A stretch of 64,000 nt of DNA from Candidatus Latescibacterota bacterium (GTDB taxonomy: Bacteria > Latescibacterota > UBA2968 > UBA8231): NCBI GenBank assembly GCA_965208105.1, contig OZ242318.1, positions 3,008,001-3,072,000 on the forward strand, written 5' to 3'. Position 1 is the first letter of the stretch. Each line of letters starts with the position of its first letter. Below the pieces are notes generated by a model. That model worked only from the letters and a program-made list of their open reading frames with translations, made no database searches and was not told the origin of the DNA. A program made the translations under genes and the position numbers. Positions 29,380 to 38,808 of the stretch are shown in pieces.

Positions 29380-31068
29380 TTATCGACGCGGCAGAACTTC
29401 GATCAAGGGAAGGTGGGCGGTGCCGCCTGGGACCGGTCCGGCCTTTAGATCCGTGTCGTTCCCGGCGAGCATGTAAATCTGCAACTTCTTGTTTCTCCAA
29501 CCCTTCCCCATCTCCTTGAGGGAATGGACGATCGTTCCCGATGTGAAGATCAGGGCATCTATACGGTACTCCTGAACCAGTTGTTGTAATTCGTCCACCA
29601 GCCCGATTATCTGGCTGCCAGCCACCATGCGGCCCCTGTTCTCCGGTTCCTGTCCGACAACTCCGACCACTTCGAAAGCCACCCCCTCCTGGGTTGCCAT
29701 ATATTCCAGGAGATTAGCGACGGCTTTATCCGTGCCCACCACCAGGGTGCGGCGCTGACCGAGTTGATAACCGCGATATGTCAGAAGGACCCAGGGTGTC
29801 AGCAGGCGCCAGCCGGCTACCAGCAAGGTGTTGAAGCCCCAGGCGGCCCCGGCGGCAAGGCGCGAGAAATTGTAGGCCTTGATGAAGAACACCATGGTTA
29901 CAATGCCTCCGAAGCCCAATGCCACGCCCAATGCCGCCCGGGCGGCGGAATACTTGCGGCGGTCGTAGATGCCCACGAGATATAACGCGAGCAACCAGAT
30001 CAATGCAGACACGGCGTAGAAGAGAAACCACTGGAGGTCCGTATATTCAGGCGGTACCAGCCAGAAGGTCGGATGGGCATCCAGGCCAATTTGGTTGGCC
30101 AGGCCTTCAATCTTGCGAATGAATGGCACGAGGCTGGGGTGGTAGCGCACGACCAGTCCCAGCTTGAGGCCGACGAGAATCAGAAGGCCATCTGCAATGG
30201 GAAGGGAGAGCTTTCGCGCCAGGTTGGCGCCCAGGGAGAGCAGCCCGTAGAGGACGATGGCAACGTGCAACAGCCAGAGGGGAAAAAACCTGTAGCGTTG
30301 CTGCATATGCTTGCGCACAAAAATTGCCATGGCTTCGTAGAACCTGTAGCGAAACCGCATCTGCTCGGCTCGACTGCTCTCGCCTTTGAAATGGATTATC
30401 TCGGTCTGGGGAACATAGAAGATCTTCCAGCCAGCCTCGCGCATGCGAAAGCACCAGTCCAGGTCTTCGCCGTAAAAGAAGTAGGCTTCGTCCAGCAGTC
30501 CAACCTGGTCCATGGCCTCCTTGCGCACCATCATGCAGGAGCCGGAGAGTGCGTCCACTTCGTGAGTTCTTTCCGGATCGAGATAGGTGAGGTTATAGCG
30601 TGCGATCCTCGGGCTGTTGGGGAAGAGGCGGCTTAGTCCCGACATTTTGCAGAACGCCGTCATCGGGGTCGGAAGTCCCCGGCGGCACGACAATTGCAAG
30701 GTGCCGTCGGGGTTCAGGATCTTGCATCCAATGGCCCCGGCCTGAGGATGTGCATCCATGAATTCAACCAGGCACCTGAGGGTGTCGGGCCGCACTATGG
30801 TATCTGAATTCAAAAGCAGCACGTTCCGGCCTTTGATTCGCCTTAATGCCTGATTGTTGGCGGCGGCAAACCCCACGTTTTCTTCATTGCGGATCAGTTG
30901 GACCTGGGGAAAGGTCGAGGCAACCATATCTGCACTGCCATCGCGCGAGGCATTGTCCACCACCAGTACCTCCACCTCCAGGCCCGTGGCTGCATCCATC
31001 ACGGTCCGCAGGGATTGTTCCAGAAGGTCCTTCGTGTTGTAGCTGGGGATTACGATGCTCAAATCCAT
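29380..31068 (-). CDS. GT2 glycosyltransferase fused to a membrane region and a CoA-binding-like domain
   Basis: VIPSYN, VVDNAS.DGS, LLLNSD and FFYGEDLDWC motifs; then several TM helices and a RRTLVVG Rossmann-like tail. Confidence 0.85.
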   Translation of the reverse strand: MDLSIVIPSYNTKDLLEQSLRTVMDAATGLEVEVLVVDNASRDGSADMVASTFPQVQLIRNEENVGFAAANNQALRRIKGRNVLLLNSDTIVRPDTLRCLVEFMDAHPQAGAIGCKILNPDGTLQLSCRRGLPTPMTAFCKMSGLSRLFPNSPRIARYNLTYLDPERTHEVDALSGSCMMVRKEAMDQVGLLDEAYFFYGEDLDWCFRMREAGWKIFYVPQTEIIHFKGESSRAEQMRFRYRFYEAMAIFVRKHMQQRYRFFPLWLLHVAIVLYGLLSLGANLARKLSLPIADGLLILVGLKLGLVVRYHPSLVPFIRKIEGLANQIGLDAHPTFWLVPPEYTDLQWFLFYAVSALIWLLALYLVGIYDRRKYSAARAALGVALGFGGIVTMVFFIKAYNFSRLAAGAAWGFNTLLVAGWRLLTPWVLLTYRGYQLGQRRTLVVGTDKAVANLLEYMATQEGVAFEVVGVVGQEPENRGRMVAGSQIIGLVDELQQLVQEYRIDALIFTSGTIVHSLKEMGKGWRNKKLQIYMLAGNDTDLKAGPVPGGTAHLPLIEVLPRR

Positions 31069-31085
31069 GGCAGATGGCGTCGCCT

Positions 31086-31805
31086 TCAGGGTTTTCCCTT
31101 ACCTGCCTTATCTCCAGGTCGGGACAACTTGATCCAGCTGAAGTAGAGGAGTTGCTTGAGGAAGAGAAGATACTCCTGCCAGTTGAGTTTGCTGCGGCTC
31201 GATTGGCGACTGCGAAAGACAAATGGCACGGAGAGGTGTTTTCTGTAATGCCCCTTGATAAGAATTTCCAGCAGGATCTTGTACCCTGCGGAAGTCAAGC
31301 TCAAACCGTCGATTACCGTGCGATGAAGGAGAAAGTACCCCGACAAAGGGTCTTCCACTCCCGTGAGCAGACGCGCGGCGCCAACCCCGGCCATGGAGAG
31401 CATCTTTCGGTGCAGTGCCCATTCCTCTACGTGGCTTCCGGCTCCGAAGCGGCTGCCGATGGTAATGTCATACTCATTCAGTCCCCTGATGAGCCGCGTC
31501 AAAATGGCAGGGTCATGGCTCAGGTCGGCGTCAATTGCTCCCAGATAGGGACGCTTCGAGAGGGAGAATCCCTCCATTACTGCTGAGCCCAATCCTAGTT
31601 TCCCGGGTCGATGGATGACCTGAACGGGATAATTCTGCACCAGCCCTTCGGCTACATCGCCTGTGCCGTCAGGAGAGTTGTCGTCAACCACGATCAACTC
31701 CAGGTCGATGTCGGATTCTGCGGCCAGGATTTCGAAGATTTCCTCGGCCAGAAACACGATATTTTCGCGTTCGTTGTAGGTTGGCGTGATCAGAGAGACT
31801 TGTAT
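31086..31805 (-). CDS. Polyprenol-phosphate mannosyltransferase-like GT2 (DPM1/Ppm1 family)
   Basis: SLITPTYNE.ENI, VVDDNSPDGTG, IDADLSH and DPLSGYF motifs. The conserved N-terminus extends upstream of the ORF-track start to an ATA codon at 31805. Confidence 0.85.
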   Translation of the reverse strand: MQVSLITPTYNERENIVFLAEEIFEILAAESDIDLELIVVDDNSPDGTGDVAEGLVQNYPVQVIHRPGKLGLGSAVMEGFSLSKRPYLGAIDADLSHDPAILTRLIRGLNEYDITIGSRFGAGSHVEEWALHRKMLSMAGVGAARLLTGVEDPLSGYFLLHRTVIDGLSLTSAGYKILLEILIKGHYRKHLSVPFVFRSRQSSRSKLNWQEYLLFLKQLLYFSWIKLSRPGDKAGKGKP

Positions 31806-31841
31806 GGCCGAACCTCCATGGGTTGGATAATCCTGGTTGAA

Positions 31842-32744
31842 TTAGACAAGATCGGCAAAATCGCGCCTGAAGCTTTCGTCTCGAATCATGCGCTCCAGTC
31901 CCTCGGCAAAACCGAGAGGGACGCGGCCCAGGAGGGCAACGAGGGCGTCGTTCCGGAGTCCCGATCGCAGGGGCCGACGAGCTTTTGAAGGTGCAGTTTC
32001 AGTGGCAATTGGCCTGACCAGCTCTGGAGAAAAACCAAACCGGTGCGCTATGTGGGAAACCATTTCCCAACGCGTCAAATACGCCGAGCCTCCCATGTGG
32101 AAAAGGCCTCCGGCACCGCGCTCACATAGTTCCAACAGTGCCCGTGCCAGGTCTTCTACGAAGGTGGGATTGCCCCACTGGTCGCTTGCGATACTCAGGC
32201 TTTCTCCCCGTCCCAGGGTTTCCAGGGGCCAGGTGACGAGATTGCGCCGCGTCCCGGGGATGTATCCATACAGCCACAAGGTCCGCAGGACCAGCCCCTT
32301 GATCCCCGTTCCCAGTACGAGATTCTCACTCTCGAGCTTGAGAGCACCGTAATGGGAAAGTGGGTTGGTTGCATCTTTTTCACCATAGGGTCCGGCGCGG
32401 CCATCGAACACGTAATCCGTGGACAACTGTACCAGGCCGGCCTCTACCTCGCCACAGGCTTCGACCAGGTGGGACACGGCCTCCAGATTGACCTGGCGGG
32501 CGAGATTCCGCTGAGTCTCGCAAAGGTCGACATCCGTCATGGCGGCAGTGTGAATCACCCAATCGGGACGCACGCTGTCGAGCAGTTGAACGACGGCCGT
32601 TCGATCGACGATCTCGATTTGTCGATAAGGATATTTCCCCGCCGGCTCGGAACGGCGTCCGCAGCCAATTATCTCGGTGCCCCCTCCCTGCCGCAACAAG
32701 CTGCGCCCTAGCAGTCCGTGCGCGCCGGTGACCAGGATCCTCAT
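31842..32744 (-). CDS. rfbD: dTDP-4-dehydrorhamnose reductase family protein
   Basis: ILVTGAHGLLG, HTAAMTDVD.CE, STDYVFDG, Y...K and DQWGNPT motifs; ATGA overlap with the upstream gene. Confidence 0.85.
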   Translation of the reverse strand: MRILVTGAHGLLGRSLLRQGGGTEIIGCGRRSEPAGKYPYRQIEIVDRTAVVQLLDSVRPDWVIHTAAMTDVDLCETQRNLARQVNLEAVSHLVEACGEVEAGLVQLSTDYVFDGRAGPYGEKDATNPLSHYGALKLESENLVLGTGIKGLVLRTLWLYGYIPGTRRNLVTWPLETLGRGESLSIASDQWGNPTFVEDLARALLELCERGAGGLFHMGGSAYLTRWEMVSHIAHRFGFSPELVRPIATETAPSKARRPLRSGLRNDALVALLGRVPLGFAEGLERMIRDESFRRDFADLV

Positions 32745-34324
32745 AGAGATTTTCGGCAAACCCCGCCGCATTGCAGCAGGACCCGGGCATATGAACTGGC
32801 TGATAGTCCGGAGACTTCCAAAGGCCGGTTCCCACGCAGAAGAGCACCGGCCCGGGATTGGTCGTCGAGGCGGATATAGAGTTCGGCGGCCAGAACATTA
32901 CCGGCCGTCAGCATATCGTTGTTATAGGGGGTGAGCTTGTGTCTGGCCAAACCCGACAACTCCGCGCTTTCAGGCCGATCAAAAAAGGCCTCGGTTTCGG
33001 GATCGAAGAGATGTTCCTCCATAAACCCAATGGTCTGCCGCGCCTTTTCCCGGAGCTCCTCCTCGCCGCTCAGCTCGTAGAGGTCAAGCAGGGCAAGGCT
33101 CACCAGAACCTGCCCCTCCAGAAGCCCCGCCGTTTCCCTATTTTCATCGGTGCATTGATAGTTGACAGCGCCTTCCGGGTCAATGCAGTGGTCCATGAGG
33201 TATTTCATTGCCCTGTCAGCCATGAGGGCAGCGCGCTCGTCCCCCAAGTCCCGAACCGCGGCCGCGAAAGCGCTGATCAGCAGGGCATTGCGATCCGCAT
33301 AAATGGCCGGATCTGTCCACCAATCTCCGCTCTCCATTCTCACCTTACGGCCCCTGAATGCGCCGTGCTCTGGGTCGAAGAATTGGCTTACAATCTGGGC
33401 AATGAGGTCGCGGGCCGCGCGTGCATATTCGGGGTTGTCGTACTGGGCTGCTCGAAGTAAAACCTGGACGAGACCGGCCTGATCGATGAGGTCTTTTTCC
33501 TGTACCGGCGTTTGCCAGTCCGGCGTGTGTGAATAGGCAAAGAAGCCTCCCTCAAGGGAATCGCGCATCGGGCTATCCAGAAGTGCGTCAAGGCTTTTCT
33601 GCACTATCCGCAGCGAGGTCGAATCCTGGCTTTCAATATAGTGCTCCAGCAAAAAACGCAAAAGTTCCACTTCGATAAACTTGGCTCCACGGCCAAAGCC
33701 GCCATGGAGAGAATCGAATGCCGCAACTACTGCCTCATGGGTCGCGCCAACCGAAACCTCGATTGCATCTCTTTGCAGGGGCGCCACCGGACCCTTTCCC
33801 TGGTTGCGCTCGATGATTCCCTTCTGCTTTCGGTATCCTTCGAGGATACGCAGCAGAAACAGCTCGACATTGCCTGGTGGTATGTCCACTGCCATGGAAA
33901 ACGCGCGGGCGTCGGGGGTCATGATCACTAGAGCTGGCCAGCCGCCGGAAGGGTAGCGCCGGGCTATATCAGGCCTCCAAAAGGGGTTCACGCGTATGGC
34001 GACGAATCGTTCTTCGACCAACGAGCGCACCGAAGGCAGGTTTCTGGAAAATATCCCATCACAGCCGGGAGCGGATAGATATAGCAGAACAGGAAGGTCG
34101 TCTCGCCGGGCCCGGGCAAAGGAATCCGCCGTCCAATGTCCCCATGCAATGGCCTGATCGGTGGACTCCCAGACTGAGCGCAAGTGTTGGGACCTTGCAT
34201 CCGGCACAGGTTCTGGTGGAGGCTCGGGAGCGCAGTTGAACAGGCCGAACAGGCCGAGCCACAAGACCTGTTTTGCATTGCTGATCAGGTGGGGACGGGG
34301 GTTGACAGTAGGAACATATCTCAT
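32741..34324 (-). CDS. YyaL/DUF255 thioredoxin-like plus (alpha/alpha)6 domain protein, probably a lipoprotein
   Basis: AW..W...F..AR..D.PV, RPDIARRY..GGWP, FD..HGGFG...KF and GGFF.YS..PDW.TP..EK motifs; lipobox-like LFGLFNC. Confidence 0.75.
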   Translation of the reverse strand: MRYVPTVNPRPHLISNAKQVLWLGLFGLFNCAPEPPPEPVPDARSQHLRSVWESTDQAIAWGHWTADSFARARRDDLPVLLYLSAPGCDGIFSRNLPSVRSLVEERFVAIRVNPFWRPDIARRYPSGGWPALVIMTPDARAFSMAVDIPPGNVELFLLRILEGYRKQKGIIERNQGKGPVAPLQRDAIEVSVGATHEAVVAAFDSLHGGFGRGAKFIEVELLRFLLEHYIESQDSTSLRIVQKSLDALLDSPMRDSLEGGFFAYSHTPDWQTPVQEKDLIDQAGLVQVLLRAAQYDNPEYARAARDLIAQIVSQFFDPEHGAFRGRKVRMESGDWWTDPAIYADRNALLISAFAAAVRDLGDERAALMADRAMKYLMDHCIDPEGAVNYQCTDENRETAGLLEGQVLVSLALLDLYELSGEEELREKARQTIGFMEEHLFDPETEAFFDRPESAELSGLARHKLTPYNNDMLTAGNVLAAELYIRLDDQSRAGALLRGNRPLEVSGLSASSYARVLLQCGGVCRKSL

Positions 34325-34478
34325 TTATATTCAAAAGGTTTTACAAAAATTCCGGCGGAACATAAAAAGTATGTGGACCGCCGTCAAGCGTTTCTGCGGA
34401 CGCAGATTCCAACCCGGGAGGTGCCGCTTTCCAGCCTCTCGACTCGACGATTGGAATTTTTCACGGTGCCGAGATTGC

Positions 34479-35471
34479 ATGAATCCCTTGGATAAGAAAA
34501 TACTGGGCAGCTCAGGGCTGGAGGTAACTCGGCTGGGGTTGGGTTGTGCCCCACTTGGCGACCTCTATGGATCAATTTCCGACGAACAGGCCTGCGAGGT
34601 GATGGACCGCGCTTTCTCACTGGGCCTGAACTTGATCGATACGGCTCCACTGTATGGGTCGGGGAAGAGCGAGAGGCGGGTGGGCCTGGGGTTGGAAGGC
34701 AGGCCGAGGGACAGCTATATTCTGGCCACCAAGGTAGGTCGCGTGCTGGAGCCTTCACACGGCGGAGACCGCGGCCAGGAGATTTTCGAAAATCCTCCGC
34801 CATTCCTTCCCGTGTTCGACTTCAGCTACGATGGCGTGATGCGCTCGTTTGATGAAAGCCTGGCACGCCTCGGTGTCGACCGCATCGATATCCTCCACCT
34901 CCACGACCCGGACGACCACTTCGAGGAAGCTATAGGCAGCGCTTATCCCGCCCTGGATAAGCTGCGCAGCGAAGGCGTAATCAGCGGAGTCAGCGCCGGC
35001 ATGAATCAGTGGGAAATGTTGGCCCGCTTTGCCCGCTCAGGCGAATTCGACTGTTTCCTTTTGGCGGGCCGCTATAGTTTGCTGGACCAGAGTTCCCTCG
35101 ACGAACTGCTCCCCCTGTGCCTGGAAAAGAACATCGGCATAATGGCCGGTGGCACCTACAACAGCGGCATTCTTGCCAAGGGTGCCCGGGAGGGCGCGAA
35201 GTACAACTATGCGGATGCTCCGCCTGAAATTCTCGAAAAAGCCCGGGGCCTGGAAGCTGTGGCACAGCGCCGCCAGGTCTCGCTCAAGGCTGCTTCCTCG
35301 CAATTCGTTCTTGCCCACCCTGCCATTACCACCATCATCCCCGGCACTCGCCAGCCCGATCGGGTCATGGAGAACTTCCAACTGCTGCAGGAGGAGATCC
35401 CGACCGATTTTTGGGCTGAGCTCAAGGCCGAAAACCTGATCCGCAGGGAAGCTCCGGTACCAGGAGAGTGA
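34479..35471 (+). CDS. Aldo/keto reductase (D-threo-aldose dehydrogenase-like)
   Basis: LGLGCAPLG, DTAPLYG.G.SE, TKVGR, DFSYDG, LHDPD and LLAGRYSLLDQ motifs. Confidence 0.88.
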   Translation: MNPLDKKILGSSGLEVTRLGLGCAPLGDLYGSISDEQACEVMDRAFSLGLNLIDTAPLYGSGKSERRVGLGLEGRPRDSYILATKVGRVLEPSHGGDRGQEIFENPPPFLPVFDFSYDGVMRSFDESLARLGVDRIDILHLHDPDDHFEEAIGSAYPALDKLRSEGVISGVSAGMNQWEMLARFARSGEFDCFLLAGRYSLLDQSSLDELLPLCLEKNIGIMAGGTYNSGILAKGAREGAKYNYADAPPEILEKARGLEAVAQRRQVSLKAASSQFVLAHPAITTIIPGTRQPDRVMENFQLLQEEIPTDFWAELKAENLIRREAPVPGE

Positions 35472-35548
35472 GCCAACCGCTGGAGATGGTGAACCGTGGT
35501 TGCCTTCAGGCAGCTGCGTGAAGGTTTCCCGATTCGCGCAAATATTCC

Positions 35549-36418
35549 TCAATACCTGTCGGGCACTATCAGGAAATCCCTCTTGGCGGGTCTCCTGTAG
35601 GTTTCCTGGGGCTTCCGCGTAGACAATTTGAGCGGTTTCGGGATGGCGTCCTGGTAGGGTATCGAGTCCAGTATATGGGCGATACAGTTCAGTCGGGCCC
35701 GGCGCTTGTCGTCAGCTTCGACCGTGTGCCAACGCGCTTCTTCGATGTCGGTAAAGAAGAACATTTCGTCCTTGGCTCTGGAGTATTCCACCCACCGGTT
35801 CCTGCCTTCTATATCCATGGGACTGAGTTTCCAGCGCCTCATCGGATCCTGGGCCCGGGACTGAAACCGCTTTTCCTGTTCCTTGTCGCTGACCGAAAAC
35901 CAGTACTTGAGCAGGATGATTCCCGAACGCACCAGCATGCGTTCAAATTCAGGACATGAACGCAGGAACTCCCGGTACTCGTTATCGGAGCAAAATCCCA
36001 TGACCCTCTCCACCCCCGCCCGGTTGTACCAACTCCGATCGAAAATGACGATTTCACCTGCTGAGGGCAGGTGAGCCACATAGCGCTGGAAATACCACTG
36101 GGTCTTCTCGTGGTCAGAGGGCGTTCCAAGGGCTACGACCCTGCATCCCCGTGGATTCAGCGGCTCTGTGATCCGTTTGATCACGCCCCCCTTCCCTGCT
36201 GCGTCCCGCCCTTCAAAGAGCATCACAATGCGCAGCCCTTTGAATCTCACCCAGTACTGCAGCTTGACCAGTTCCAAATCGAACCTGGATAGCTCTTTTT
36301 CGTACTGTTTCAGCTTCATCTTCTTCTTGTGTATGGCCGCGACGTCCCCGGTCGGGGTGAAGTCCGGCTTCTCCATACTCTTGCTCGGCTTCTTGTCTTT
36401 GTTATCGTCCATTTTCAT
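35549..36418 (-). CDS. ppk2: Polyphosphate kinase 2 (single domain)
   Basis: FEGRDAAGKGG, FDRSWYNRAGVERVMGF and WKLSPMD motifs. Confidence 0.95.
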   Translation of the reverse strand: MKMDDNKDKKPSKSMEKPDFTPTGDVAAIHKKKMKLKQYEKELSRFDLELVKLQYWVRFKGLRIVMLFEGRDAAGKGGVIKRITEPLNPRGCRVVALGTPSDHEKTQWYFQRYVAHLPSAGEIVIFDRSWYNRAGVERVMGFCSDNEYREFLRSCPEFERMLVRSGIILLKYWFSVSDKEQEKRFQSRAQDPMRRWKLSPMDIEGRNRWVEYSRAKDEMFFFTDIEEARWHTVEADDKRRARLNCIAHILDSIPYQDAIPKPLKLSTRKPQETYRRPAKRDFLIVPDRY

Positions 36419-36421
36419 TAT

Positions 36422-37183
36422 CTACCCGATGTCGTTGAAAAAAGTTTCGGCATTGTCCCGGGGTTCGAAGCCCAACTTTTCCCGGGTCTGTTCCAGGTCG
36501 AAGACCAGGCGGTCGTTGTTGCTTACCGCATAGGCCAAAAGGTATCGAGTTTCCACTTCGAGGGCTCGGCGAAAGGCCTGAATGCCGTCCCTGTGGCTGA
36601 GATACATTGCCCGCATGTATTGCTCGGACCGCGTGTTCCGTTTCAACTCCGGGTTGTTCTCCCTGGTGATCCAGCCGATGCGCAGGCCGACGAATTCGAG
36701 GCCGTAACGCTCGCTGTAGAGCTTTCCCATGTGTTCGCCGAACAGCTTGGATATTGCGTAGAGCGAATCGGGGTTGGGGGGATCATCCAGTTTCATGCGG
36801 ATATTTTTTTTCGCGTCGAGAGTTTCGGGGGTGGTGAGGATTGTGTTGCCGTGCTGGGTATGGTTTGTGGTGGCAAAGATCAAGCGCTTGACTCCTGATC
36901 TCCGGCATTCCTCGAATACCTGGAAAGTGGCCTCGATATTATTCTCCCTTACGCTCTCCCAAGCTGCCGAAGGACTCGGATCGGCCGCCAGGTGGATTAC
37001 CGCATCCAGTCTTGCAAATGCCCCCTCTACTGCCGTGGGATCGGACAGGTCGACCTGGGTGGACTCGAATTCCGAGGGCCCGAGAGTGAAGGCCTTGATT
37101 CGGTATTCACCTTCCAGTCCCTGTCTCAGGATGCTGCCGATGGTGCCGTCGGCGCCGGTAATCCCCACATGCTTGAGAGCCAT
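36422..37183 (-). CDS. NAD-dependent epimerase/dehydrogenase (uronate dehydrogenase-like SDR)
   Basis: ITGADGTIG, HLAA, PDSLYAISK and LRIG...YLSHRD motifs. Confidence 0.8.
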   Translation of the reverse strand: MALKHVGITGADGTIGSILRQGLEGEYRIKAFTLGPSEFESTQVDLSDPTAVEGAFARLDAVIHLAADPSPSAAWESVRENNIEATFQVFEECRRSGVKRLIFATTNHTQHGNTILTTPETLDAKKNIRMKLDDPPNPDSLYAISKLFGEHMGKLYSERYGLEFVGLRIGWITRENNPELKRNTRSEQYMRAMYLSHRDGIQAFRRALEVETRYLLAYAVSNNDRLVFDLEQTREKLGFEPRDNAETFFNDIG

Positions 37184-37378
37184 CTGAAATCCTTTCTGCA
37201 AGGCCGAATTTAGATATGCAAAATTAAATTTGACCGCGCAAGTTTCGGAGCGCCAGGAACCAGAGTCCAATGCCGGCTCGCTTGAAGACGGGTCGGCCTT
37301 GCAATATATTCAAGGCTTCTTGTGCGGGACTTCACGGCAAACAACAGAAAGCAAAGACAGATTGGAGAATGAAATTTC

Positions 37379-38575
37379 ATGGACTCCGGATCAATTGTAA
37401 TAGGTTTGATCGGTTCCCGCTTTGCAGCTTCATTCCACCTGGAGAACTATCGCCGGGTTCCAGGATTCGATCTTCGCATCAAAGGGGTAGCTTCCAGGAA
37501 TCGAGAGAGCGCGGCCGCCTTTGCAAAGAAGCACGGCCTCGAACACGTATACGGGTCGGCAGAAGAGCTTCTCGCGGATCCTGAAATCGACCTGGTCGAT
37601 TTGTGCGTTCCCAACTACCTGCATCACCCGCTGACTATCGAGGCGGCTGCGGCGGGGAAAGACATCATTTGCGAGAAGCCGCTGACGGGTTACTTCGGGA
37701 AGGGAGGCGAGGCCCTCGTGGGCAGGGAAACGCCGCGCCGAAGGATGTTCGAGGATGCGGTCAGGTCAGCCGACGAGATGGTGGAGGCGGTTGCGCGCCA
37801 TGGCATCACCTTCTGCTATGCGGAAAACTGGATTTATGCGCCGAGCGTGCAGAAGGCAAAGGAAGTCCTGGGTCAAAGCGACAACACCATCCTGCGCATT
37901 GTCGCCGAGGAATCGCACAGCGGCACGCATTCCGAGTATGCAAAGGAGTGGAGGCACTGCGGTGGAGGCAGTCTTTTCAACAAAGGCTGCCATCCTGTCG
38001 CCGGCGCCCTGTACCTGAAGTACGACGAAGGAAGGCGCAAGTACGGAAAACCCATCAAACCCAGGAGTGTGGTGGCGGAGGTGTCCAACCTGACAGAGAT
38101 GGAAAGCTTTGCCGGAGAGAAGGAAAAGTGGATTCAGACCGGGTGGAAGGATTGCGAAGACTGGGGAACGATGATCCTGACCTTCGAGGACGACTCGGTT
38201 GCCCAGCTTACCGCGGCGGACATCACCCTGGGTGGGATTCAGAACCTGATGACCATCTATTCCAGCAAGGCCGTGGTGCAGTGCAATATAAATCCGAACA
38301 CCGGCATGTTGACCTATGCGCCCGACGACCGCGTATTGGGCGATGCCTACATCCGTGAAAAGGTGGAGACCCGTGCCGGATGGCAGCTCACCAATCCGGA
38401 CGAGGATTGGATGAATGGCTTCCCCCACGAGCTTGGCGACTTCTGCAGCGCCATCTCCAACCAGCGCCAACCCGAGAGCACCGTGGAGCTGGCGCGTGAC
38501 ATTGTCGCGGTATGCTACGGAGCCTACGTCGCGGCCGAAACCGGCGAGCGTTTTGATTTGTCCGAGTGGATGTGA
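37379..38575 (+). CDS. Gfo/Idh/MocA family oxidoreductase
   Basis: IGSRFAA, DLCVPNYLH, ICEKPL and GGGSLFNKGCH motifs. Confidence 0.88.
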   Translation: MDSGSIVIGLIGSRFAASFHLENYRRVPGFDLRIKGVASRNRESAAAFAKKHGLEHVYGSAEELLADPEIDLVDLCVPNYLHHPLTIEAAAAGKDIICEKPLTGYFGKGGEALVGRETPRRRMFEDAVRSADEMVEAVARHGITFCYAENWIYAPSVQKAKEVLGQSDNTILRIVAEESHSGTHSEYAKEWRHCGGGSLFNKGCHPVAGALYLKYDEGRRKYGKPIKPRSVVAEVSNLTEMESFAGEKEKWIQTGWKDCEDWGTMILTFEDDSVAQLTAADITLGGIQNLMTIYSSKAVVQCNINPNTGMLTYAPDDRVLGDAYIREKVETRAGWQLTNPDEDWMNGFPHELGDFCSAISNQRQPESTVELARDIVAVCYGAYVAAETGERFDLSEWM

Positions 38576-38587
38576 TGGTCCTCCTTT

Positions 38588-38800
38588 CTACCGGAGGCGC
38601 CTTCGCCGACCCCGCACGTATTTCCAGGCGCAGAAGGTGCTGAAGATCAGCAGTCCAAGGGCCAGCGCTGATTTCACCCACCACAGTTCCTTCGTATAGG
38701 CCAGGGATGCGAGTAACAAGGCCGCGACCACAAAGAGCAGGACCGCCGTATAGATCCACTCGAACTGCCGGGTTTTCCTGCTTTGCTCCAAAGCTTCCAC
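38588..38800 (-). CDS. Small 2-TM membrane protein (70 aa), possible partner of the SSS transporter
   Basis: GTG start 8 nt after the SSS stop; two hydrophobic helices and a basic RRRRLR tail. Confidence 0.45.
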   Translation of the reverse strand: MEALEQSRKTRQFEWIYTAVLLFVVAALLLASLAYTKELWWVKSALALGLLIFSTFCAWKYVRGRRRRLR

Positions 38801-38808
38801 TTTCTGCT

